From an uncultured Propionibacteriaceae bacterium (lineage in GTDB: Bacteria; Actinomycetota; Actinomycetes; Propionibacteriales; Propionibacteriaceae): DNA of 64,000 nt. The stretch is taken from assembly GCA_937965785.1 (NCBI GenBank), contig CALCKT010000062.1:27893-91892 (forward strand). The letters are read 5' to 3'. This document shows positions 38,209 to 46,022 of this stretch, piece by piece. The position numbers and the translations under genes are program-made. The notes under the pieces were generated by a model. The model did not search any database, was not told the origin of the DNA, and was given only the letters and a program-made list of their open reading frames with translations. The first letter of the stretch is position 1. The number at the start of each line of letters is the position of its first letter.

Positions 38209-40101
38209 ATGAAGACCCCCCGGAGGGCTGTGTTGGCCGCCGTGACGGCCTCGGCGCTGCTGTTCACCGGGTGCTCCCCCGGCGGTTCCGGGCAGGAACG
38301 CGACACCCCACCCGACGGGGTGCCGGCCGCTGACGACGTGGTGGCGGGGCTCGCCGCGGGAATCCAGAAACTGGACCTCACGGGCGTGGCGCTGTCCACC
38401 CCGCCGGCCGACGCCACCACCGAGCTGAAGACCATCTTCGCGGGCATGGACGACATCACGCCGACGGTGGAACCTGCGGGAATCCGCTACGCGGCCGACG
38501 GCAAAACCGCCACCGCGCACCTCAACTACACCTTCCCCGTCGGCCAGGAAGGCTGGAAGTACACCACCACCGTCCCCCTGGAGAACGCGGACGGCAGCTG
38601 GCAGGTGACGTGGTCGCCGACGGTGGTGCACGAGAAACTCTCCGCCACGACCCGCCTCAGGCACCAGCGCAGCTGGCCGAAACGCGCCGCCATCAACGAC
38701 CGCGACGGGGTGGCGCTCGTCGAGGAACGCACCGTCTACCAGGTCGGAATCGACAAGTCGAAGTCCGAGGAGTCCACGTGGCAGGCGGCCGCCACCCAGC
38801 TGGCACAGCTGCTCAAGGTCGACGCCGCCGAGTACACCCAGAAGGTCCTGGCGGGTGGCCCCAAGCAGTTCGTGGTGGCCAAGACCGTCTCCCAGGACCA
38901 GATTCCCTCCACGGTTTCCAGCATTCCCGGGGCCTTCGTGAAGGAGTCCACCGCCAGCGTCGCGCCGTCGGACACGTTCGCCATCGGCCTGCTCGGTAGG
39001 GTCGGGAACCCGTCGAAGGAACAGGTGGAGAAATCGGGCGGTGCCCTGATGACCTCGGACATGGTCGGGGTCAGCGGCCTCCAGCAGCGCTACGACGAGC
39101 AGCTGCGTGGGGCTCCGAAGGTAAACATCGACGTGGTGGGGCGTTCGGGCCAGAACGTCGATCCCGTCTCGTTGTTCTCCCAGGAGGCAAGCGTCGGCAG
39201 CCCCATCCAGCTCTCGCTGGACCGCGCCATGCAGGAGAAGGCGGAATCGGTGCTCAACAGCCACGTCAGTTCCGGGATCGCGTCCCTGGTGGTGCTGGAC
39301 GTCAAGGACGGCGGGGTGCTCGCCGCCGCCAACTCGACGGGCGCGGGTGAATACCCCTACGCCACCTTCGGGAATTATGCGCCCGGGTCGACGTTCAAGG
39401 TCGTCTCGTCGCTGGCGCTGCTGCGCGAGGGCCTGCGCGCCGACTCGGTGGTGCAGTGTCCCGCCACCATGCAGATCGGCAATCACACGCTGAAGAACTA
39501 CGACGGCTACCCGGCCGACAAGACCGGCAGCATCACCCTGACCCAGGCGGTCGCGAACTCCTGCAACACCGCATTCGGGACCAACGCCGACAAGGTATCG
39601 CAGGAGAAACTGCAGCAGGCCGCCGCCACCCTCGGGGTGGGCACCGACTACGACGCCGGGTTCGCCTCCAACTTCGGGAAGGTGCAGTCCGCCAACGCCC
39701 CGCTGGACCTCTCGCTCAGCATGATCGGGCAGGGCAGCATCGAGATGTCGCCGCTGGGCATGGCGGCGGTCTCGGCCAGCGTCGCCTCCGGTGAGACGCG
39801 CATCCCGTGGCTGGTGAAGGGACACGAGGCGAAGTCGACGGCCACACCACTCAGCCCCGACGAGGCCTCGCAGCTCCAGACGCTGATGAAGGCCGTCGTC
39901 ACGGAGGGGTCGGGCAACGTCCTCCAGGGAGTCATGACCGGCGCCAAGACCGGCACCGCCGAGTTCGGCGACGCCGCCGCCGACACCGCCCACGCCTGGA
40001 TGATCGCCTGGAACGACAAGTACGCGGTGGCGGCCTTCGTCCAGGACGGCCAGTCGGGATCCGGGACAGCCGGGCCGCTCATCAAGGCCATGTTCAGCTA
40101 G
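38209..40101 (+). CDS. Penicillin-binding protein (transpeptidase) lipoprotein
   Basis: Lipobox LFTGC and the motifs STFK, SCN and KTGT. The ATG at 38209 follows GGAAGGGAG. Confidence 0.8.
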   Translation: MKTPRRAVLAAVTASALLFTGCSPGGSGQERDTPPDGVPAADDVVAGLAAGIQKLDLTGVALSTPPADATTELKTIFAGMDDITPTVEPAGIRYAADGKTATAHLNYTFPVGQEGWKYTTTVPLENADGSWQVTWSPTVVHEKLSATTRLRHQRSWPKRAAINDRDGVALVEERTVYQVGIDKSKSEESTWQAAATQLAQLLKVDAAEYTQKVLAGGPKQFVVAKTVSQDQIPSTVSSIPGAFVKESTASVAPSDTFAIGLLGRVGNPSKEQVEKSGGALMTSDMVGVSGLQQRYDEQLRGAPKVNIDVVGRSGQNVDPVSLFSQEASVGSPIQLSLDRAMQEKAESVLNSHVSSGIASLVVLDVKDGGVLAAANSTGAGEYPYATFGNYAPGSTFKVVSSLALLREGLRADSVVQCPATMQIGNHTLKNYDGYPADKTGSITLTQAVANSCNTAFGTNADKVSQEKLQQAAATLGVGTDYDAGFASNFGKVQSANAPLDLSLSMIGQGSIEMSPLGMAAVSASVASGETRIPWLVKGHEAKSTATPLSPDEASQLQTLMKAVVTEGSGNVLQGVMTGAKTGTAEFGDAAADTAHAWMIAWNDKYAVAAFVQDGQSGSGTAGPLIKAMFS

Positions 40102-40112
40102 GCCCATCCCAC

Positions 40113-40300
40113 ACCAAGCTGATTGAGCCGATCCTCGCGAGCGTGAATGAATCCGAAGCTGGTTGAGCCGATCCTCTCGAGCGTCAGCGAGTTGGTCGTG
40201 TCGAAACCATGGTGAGGGTGGATGGGCCTGGTTTTGGGTGTCAGATGGTTTCGACTCGGGTCGCTCGTTCCTCGCGACCCGGCTCAACCGGCTTTGGGAG
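40113..40300. repeat. Hairpin repeat, family 1, best-preserved copy
   Basis: The right arm is nearly identical to 3975-4045. It lies between convergent PBP and rhomboid. Confidence 0.7.
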
Positions 40301-40302
40301 GG

Positions 40303-41208
40303 TCAGCCCGCGACCGTCACCACTCGCAACGCGATGGCGGCGACGGTCAGTGCCGCGACCAGACCCAGCAGTGGCCACTGCCAAAGTCGTCGTTGCTCAC
40401 GGGGAAGCCAGATCAGGGCGGCGGTGACGGCCATGCCGCCGAGCAGGCCACCGAGGTGCCCCTGCCAGGAGATGAAGCTGGATCCCACGAAGGTGATGGC
40501 CACGTTCACGCCCAGCCAAACGAGGATGGTGCGCACGTCGCCGTGGTGTTTCCAGGCGATCAGCAGCACCGCCCCCATCATCCCGAAGATCGCCCCGGAA
40601 GCGCCCATGGTCGTGGTGTAAGGGGCGGAGAACCACACCACCGCCGCCGACCCGGTCAGCGCCGAGACCAGGTAGAGCGCCAGGAACCGGGCCCGGCCCA
40701 GCACCATCTCGAGCTGCGGGCCGAGCACGTAGAGGGCCACCATGTTGAAGGCGATGTGGATGACGTCGAGGTGGGTGAAGGCATTGGTCAACACCTGCCA
40801 CCAGGCCCCGGATGCGACGCCCTCTGTCCACGTCGCCCCGAGAGCGGCGCACTGGGCGGGGGAATCCACCGCGAGGATGTAACGCTCCGTCGCGCAGAAT
40901 CCCTGGGTCTGGATCGCCAGCATCCTGAACAGGGGGCTCTTCTCGCCTCCGGTCAGCAGGATGGCCAGCCAGATCACCGCGTTGATACCGACCAGCACCT
41001 GCGAAGTCAGGGCGGGTCGGGTGCTGCGGGCGCCACCGTAGGGCAACTGCCCCTGACGGGTCTGCCTGCGACCCGCGGCGACGCAGTCCGGGCACTGGAA
41101 ACCGACAGAACCCGCCACCATGCACCGGGGACAGATGGGACGGTGGCAGCGTTGGCAGACGATCCCCGTGGCCTGGTCGGGGTGCCGGTAGCAGACGCTC
41201 TCTAGCAT
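40303..41208 (-). CDS. Rhomboid-family intramembrane serine protease with N-terminal zinc ribbon
   Basis: CxxC...CxxC N-terminus, a GASGAIFG catalytic serine and a TM6 histidine. An alternative upstream start lies at 41328. Confidence 0.75.
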   Translation of the reverse strand: MLESVCYRHPDQATGIVCQRCHRPICPRCMVAGSVGFQCPDCVAAGRRQTRQGQLPYGGARSTRPALTSQVLVGINAVIWLAILLTGGEKSPLFRMLAIQTQGFCATERYILAVDSPAQCAALGATWTEGVASGAWWQVLTNAFTHLDVIHIAFNMVALYVLGPQLEMVLGRARFLALYLVSALTGSAAVVWFSAPYTTTMGASGAIFGMMGAVLLIAWKHHGDVRTILVWLGVNVAITFVGSSFISWQGHLGGLLGGMAVTAALIWLPREQRRLWQWPLLGLVAALTVAAIALRVVTVAG

Positions 41209-41297
41209 GGCCGCAAGGCTACCCGCCGGGATCGTTGCCCCGCGCGATCCGTTTCGAAACGGTGTGGGGCCGGACCCGCCGAGTATCGTGTTTTCCC

Positions 41298-42524
41298 ATG
41301 GGCGCAGGGCATTCGCATTCTCATTCAACGGAGGGACTGGAACACGTCGGGGTGAACTGGACGGCGCGCAACGTCCTGATCGGGTTCCTGGCGGTGATCG
41401 GGGTGCTCGCGGTTGCCGGGCTGATCTGGCTGTGGCCGTCGGGACAGGACCTCTCCTCGATGGTGAAGAAGGTCTACGACGCCCAGAACCTGACCCACGA
41501 GACCGCCACCATCACCGAGATCAAGGACGGTTGCGACACCCAGCAGGTGGGGCAGGCGAAATGCCTGACGGCGACGATCACCGTCAACACCGGCGAGGAC
41601 GCGGGCAAGTCGGTGGAGATTGCACTGCTAGGCCCGCAGGCGCAGTCCGGGTTGAGGGCCGGGGACGTGGTGGAGGTGAACCGCATCAACGCCGGTGACG
41701 CGCCCGTGTGGTCCTATTCGTCGGCCAACCGTCTCCCGGTGCTGGGGGTGCTGGCCGCGCTGTTCGTCGTCGTGGTGCTGGCGGTGGCGCGCTGGAAGGG
41801 ATTGTTCGCGCTGCTGGGGCTCGTGTTCGCCGGGGCGGTGCTCGTCGGATTCATGCTGCCGGCGCTCATCACCGGCAAACCGGGTATCGTCGTGGCGCTT
41901 GTCGGGGGTACGGCGATCATGTTCGTGGTGCTCTACGTGGCCCACGGTGTCTCGATCCGGACATCGACGGCCCTCGCCGGGACGCTGCTCGGGCTGGCGG
42001 TCACGGTCGGGTTGGGGGCGCTGTCCGCGGAATTCGCCCGGTTGTCGGGTTTCGCCGACGAGAACGAGTACGACCTGGCGCAGCTCCTGCCCGGGATGAA
42101 CTTCCGGGAGCTGTTGATGGTGGGCATCATCGTCGGTGGGCTCGGTGTGCTCAACGACGTGACCATCACGCAGAGCTCGGCGGTGTGGGAGCTGCGTGCC
42201 GCGGCCCCGGCGATGGGTCGCGGGAAACTGTTCGCCGCCGGCATGCGGATCGGTCGCGACCACATCGCGTCCACCATCTACACCATCGTCTTCGCCTACG
42301 CGGGTGGTTCCATGGCGGTGCTGCTGCTGCTCTACTTCACCGACCGTCCCGCCACCGCCCTGCTGAACGCGGAAATGTTCGCGGGCGAGATCGTCCGCAC
42401 CCTCGGCAGCGCCATCGGCCTGGTGCTGAGCGTCCCCATCACGACCGGCATCGCGGCCCTGACCGTCGCATCCCCCGAACCGGAACCGCGGGGACGGCAC
42501 GCGGTGGGTGTCGAGGTGGGGTGA
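41298..42524 (+). CDS. YibE/F-family membrane protein
   Basis: YibE/F-like polytopic membrane protein. The start could be as early as 41235. Confidence 0.65.
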   Translation: MGAGHSHSHSTEGLEHVGVNWTARNVLIGFLAVIGVLAVAGLIWLWPSGQDLSSMVKKVYDAQNLTHETATITEIKDGCDTQQVGQAKCLTATITVNTGEDAGKSVEIALLGPQAQSGLRAGDVVEVNRINAGDAPVWSYSSANRLPVLGVLAALFVVVVLAVARWKGLFALLGLVFAGAVLVGFMLPALITGKPGIVVALVGGTAIMFVVLYVAHGVSIRTSTALAGTLLGLAVTVGLGALSAEFARLSGFADENEYDLAQLLPGMNFRELLMVGIIVGGLGVLNDVTITQSSAVWELRAAAPAMGRGKLFAAGMRIGRDHIASTIYTIVFAYAGGSMAVLLLLYFTDRPATALLNAEMFAGEIVRTLGSAIGLVLSVPITTGIAALTVASPEPEPRGRHAVGVEVG

Positions 42525-42546
42525 GGGAAGGTCGGATCCTCGCCCT

Positions 42547-43806
42547 TCAGGACAGCAGTCCTAGGGGAATGACCGCGACCCCGTCGTCGCGACGGTAGGC
42601 GTATTCGCCGGTGGTGACGACCACCTTGTCGACGAGGCGCCCACCGATGCGATCGCCCAGCCAGTGGAGGTGCCGCACATCGGCATCGTCGGGGTCGCGG
42701 GCCAGTTTGACCTCGATGGCCACCACCCTGCCCGCGGTGTTCTCGACGATGAGGTCGATCTCGTGGTCCCCGTTGCGGGTCCGCAGGTGCGATGTCCGCA
42801 GCCCGGCGGCCGTGGCGCGCGCCCTCACGCACAAGGTGACCAGGGACTCGAAGAGCTGCCCCAGGATCTCCCCCGAGCCCGGGGAGCCGCTGAGCAGCTT
42901 CGCGGGGGTGACGTCGAGGAGACGAGCCGCCAGCGCCGGGTCGAGCAGCTGATGCTTTGGCCCGGTTTTGAGCCTGGCCAGTGGGGCCAGCGATGTGGTC
43001 CAGCCCGGGACGGGGTCGAGCACCCAGATCCGGGTGAGGAGGTCGCGGTAGGTCTGGGTTGCGCCGCGGCTGGGTTTGTCGGTCTCGCCGGCGGTTGCCG
43101 CCCCCAGGATTGCCGTGTAGGAGGCCGTCGTTGATGTTGCGGCGGCGTAGGCGGTGAGCCAGGCCATCAAGGCCTGAGGGCGCCGGACCAGCACCCCCTC
43201 CTCGGGAAGGTCGCGGTCGACGATGCGGGCGAGATAGCTGTCGAGCTGGAGGCCCAGGGCGGCGGGACGGATGCCGCGCAGGCCGGGCAGCCCGGAGGCG
43301 CATATTTCCTCGGCGTAGTCGGGCAGTCTGAGCGGGCTGTGTCCCTCGATCGTCGCTTCGCGTTTCAGGAGCTTGGCGACATCGATTCCGCCCGGGGCGA
43401 CACCGCGTTCGGTGAGCGACATCGGTCGCATGACGAGGGATGCGATGCGTCCCGCGCCGGAATGGCTGGTGGTGCCGGGCCGTGGGGTGGCGCTGCCGGT
43501 GAGCAGGACGGCCAGGTCGCGGCGACGGTCCACCGCGCGACGGATGCGATCCCACACCGGCGGATAATGCTGCCATTCGTCAATGAGGACCGTTTCGTCG
43601 ACGCCGAGCAGGGCATCCGTGTCGGCACGCAGCGCTGCCAGGGTGTGTGGGTCGTCGAGTTCAAGGACACGCTGCACGCGACGGCGTGCGGTCTCGGTCT
43701 TGCCAACTGCCTTTGCCCCCTCGATCGCGATGGCGGGCACGTCGGGGAAGACCTCGTCCAAGAAGTTGTCCAAGGCTCTGCGCAAGTACTTCACAAGCCC
43801 TACCAT
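42547..43806 (-). CDS. COG1373 ATPase (AAA domain + DUF4143)
   Basis: Walker A GAKAVGKT and the family-typical order. It is a paralog of the 50332-51582 gene. Confidence 0.7.
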   Translation of the reverse strand: MVGLVKYLRRALDNFLDEVFPDVPAIAIEGAKAVGKTETARRRVQRVLELDDPHTLAALRADTDALLGVDETVLIDEWQHYPPVWDRIRRAVDRRRDLAVLLTGSATPRPGTTSHSGAGRIASLVMRPMSLTERGVAPGGIDVAKLLKREATIEGHSPLRLPDYAEEICASGLPGLRGIRPAALGLQLDSYLARIVDRDLPEEGVLVRRPQALMAWLTAYAAATSTTASYTAILGAATAGETDKPSRGATQTYRDLLTRIWVLDPVPGWTTSLAPLARLKTGPKHQLLDPALAARLLDVTPAKLLSGSPGSGEILGQLFESLVTLCVRARATAAGLRTSHLRTRNGDHEIDLIVENTAGRVVAIEVKLARDPDDADVRHLHWLGDRIGGRLVDKVVVTTGEYAYRRDDGVAVIPLGLLS

Positions 43807-44627
43807 ACAAAACGCAGGATTCCTACTGGTCAAAACGCATGATTTCTACCAGCCAAAACGCCGAACCGTGGCAGGTCGGGACGAGCGGTGGAGATCCTCG
43901 TCCGCAGCGTCGAGCAGGATTCTTCCCTGGGAGGCCGCCCGTTCCTCGGCGCGCCGCAGCAGTCCTTCGTCCAGCGCGATCGTGGCGTGCGTGGTTGCAT
44001 CAAGGCATTCGGCGTCTACATCAGGGCAGGTTTGTGGTCGTTGGCTCTTCCCAAACGCAAAGGACCGGCCCTGGACTCCCGCCGGAGCGGGCAGCGGAAC
44101 CGGTCATGTTGATGCCCAAGGTAGCACAGGCCACACCGGGCAATGGGCGTAGTCCGCAACCCCTGTGTCGGGGTGGTAGCTACGGTTGTCATCGACGCTG
44201 GATGCGCCAGTGCCGATGTAGAGGTGAAGTATGACACGGCGACTCTTTCGATTCCGATGGTCCGCTCTTCGAAAGTGCAACAACAGGGTTTGAGCTTCCC
44301 CTGACGCAAGGGGAAGTCGATTCGCTAATTTCCGTGATAGAAGCAAGAGTAGGCCGTCTGCCATTGATTCGAGAGAACTGAAAATAGAGGTGCGTCTAGA
44401 GGCTTGTTCGTAGGGTGCATGCTACTTGACGAACCCTTTCACGGAGCAGAATTGAGGATGGTTGAGAACGGGCTGCTTGCTGATCATTCAGCGATCTATT
44501 AAATCTCTGATTTGACGTGAATCAAAGACGGTTTCTATTGAAACTGGAGTTGGGATTAATTCGAGAGTTAAATAACTTTTCTGGTAACATTGTCCGAGGC
44601 TTCTGTGGAGTCAAAATTTCCGGTGTT

Positions 44628-45032
44628 TCAAGATCGTTTTGCTGTTATTTTCGTGCACTCATTGAGCCAATTTACCAAGCCGGCGTAGTCCAGAAGGCGC
44701 TGGTCGTCCTTGTCTCGGGTTCCGAGGGCTCGTATGACGTGGGCGGCCTCATCTTGGTCCACATCTAGTTCCACGCCGTTTAGCTTCAAGAAAATCATTG
44801 CGATAAGCCAGGCGAGGCGTTTGTTGCCGTCTTGGAACGCCTGAGCCTCGGCGATGCCGAAGGTCAGGCGCGCGACCTTCTCGATGAGCGTGGGATACAG
44901 ATCGGCGCCACCGAATGACTGAAAAGGCTGCACCAGTGCGCTTTCGAGCTTTTCTCGGTCACGAAGAGGACCGGCATTGACCTCTTGCCCGTAGATTTTC
45001 AAGCAGAGGTCAATGCCGATTAGCGTCGTCAC
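44628..45032 (-). CDS. Doc/Fic-family toxin homolog with Gln replacing the catalytic His
   Basis: AQAFQDGNKR aligns to the Doc motif HxFx(D/N)(A/G)NKR (P1 Doc has GHIFNDANKR). ATGA overlaps the upstream antitoxin, and GC is lower than the surroundings. Confidence 0.7.
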   Translation of the reverse strand: MTTLIGIDLCLKIYGQEVNAGPLRDREKLESALVQPFQSFGGADLYPTLIEKVARLTFGIAEAQAFQDGNKRLAWLIAMIFLKLNGVELDVDQDEAAHVIRALGTRDKDDQRLLDYAGLVNWLNECTKITAKRS

Positions 45033-45553
45033 TCGGCCAAGAGAGCCAAGGTGCGGCTCCAGCGCTGGCCCAAGCGGGCTGCGAGGTCCACTGCATGGTC
45101 GGGATCCGCATCCTGCAGGGGCGTCGAAGGCCGCACCGGGCCGGTGCCGTCCAAGCTTTGACGCGTGTACTCACGACGCATGGAGTCGTGAGTGATTTCG
45201 GTGGTACCACGGGCATCGTCGGGAAGGTCGCCCCGGGCCTCGCGCCAAGGCCGTTCGGCATGGCTCAGCACGGAGAGTTCCTCACCGGTCTTCTCGCCGT
45301 AGTGCGTCAGCACCGCATCGGCGATGGCCTTCTGGCCGGCGTCCAGGTCGCCGGCGGGGTGGGACTTCTCGTGCCAGACATCGCTGACGACCGGACCATT
45401 GACCCAGGCCTCGATCCGGTCCTCGAACAGAGGCCTGCCCGTCCAGGCCAGCGACCAGGCCTGTGCGTAGTAGAGCAGCTTTTGCTTCTGAGTGCGTCCG
45501 TCGAGGTGCTGCCTGCTCTCCATGTAGCGCAGCACGTCGCTCGCCCATGTCAT
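45029..45553 (-). CDS. Panacea (DUF4065, SocA-like) domain antitoxin
   Basis: QKQKLLYYAQAWSLAWTGRPLFEDRIEAWVNGPV is the hallmark Panacea N-terminal region. The ATG at 45553 is preceded by GGAGGAGG. Confidence 0.65.
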   Translation of the reverse strand: MTWASDVLRYMESRQHLDGRTQKQKLLYYAQAWSLAWTGRPLFEDRIEAWVNGPVVSDVWHEKSHPAGDLDAGQKAIADAVLTHYGEKTGEELSVLSHAERPWREARGDLPDDARGTTEITHDSMRREYTRQSLDGTGPVRPSTPLQDADPDHAVDLAARLGQRWSRTLALLAE

Positions 45554-45784
45554 CCAAATCGCCTCCTCCACGTCACTTGACAGTCTGTATCCGACTCCCT
45601 GACTTCATCATAGGTCGCGACACCCACAAGCTCGTAGAAGCCCATCAGCGCTGTGCGACTTGCCCGCTCATGGCGTCTTCAACAACCGTGTCCACGGGGC
45701 CAGGCGATCAACGGGTCATGCAGCAGGAAGGTCGGGATGCGGGGCCGGAATGACTCTCGGATGAAAGATTTTCGCGACGCCGTG

Positions 45785-45831
45785 GAAGGTTTTGGAGCGT
45801 GCACGCCACAAAACCTTCCACATGACATAAC
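45785..45831 (+). promoter_or_regulatory. Conserved 47-bp motif B (paralog of motif A)
   Basis: gaaggttttggagcgtgcacgccacaaaaccttccacatgacataac, about 100 bp upstream of the beta-helix gene. Confidence 0.5.
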
Positions 45832-45932
45832 GACACGTTCGGCGACGGGCAGGGCCCGCCGGGGGGTGACCCGTGGCCTGGGAGGGGGATAGGGTCGGGG
45901 TAGTCCAACACTCGAAGACGAGAGGCGACCAC

Positions 45933-46022
45933 ATGCGTCGAGTACTTGCGATGATGTCCGTCCTGGCCCTGGGGGCCGCGGTGTCATTGCAGAACGAGGC
46001 GGCAGCGGACGGGGGACCGTGA
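45933..46022 (+). pseudogene. Detached signal-peptide ORF of the beta-helix protein (frameshift)
   Basis: Encodes MRRVLAMMSVLALGAAVSLQNEAAADGGP*. One extra G in the G5 run at 46011-46015 would fuse it in frame to the 46019 ORF. Confidence 0.6.

Noticed and set aside
43900-44400. tmRNA, RNase P RNA or retron ncRNA in the low-GC gene-free stretch
   Set aside because: No tRNA-like 3' end, no RNase P conserved regions (AGUCCGG / ACAGAAA), and no adjacent reverse transcriptase gene. Only generic hairpins are seen.
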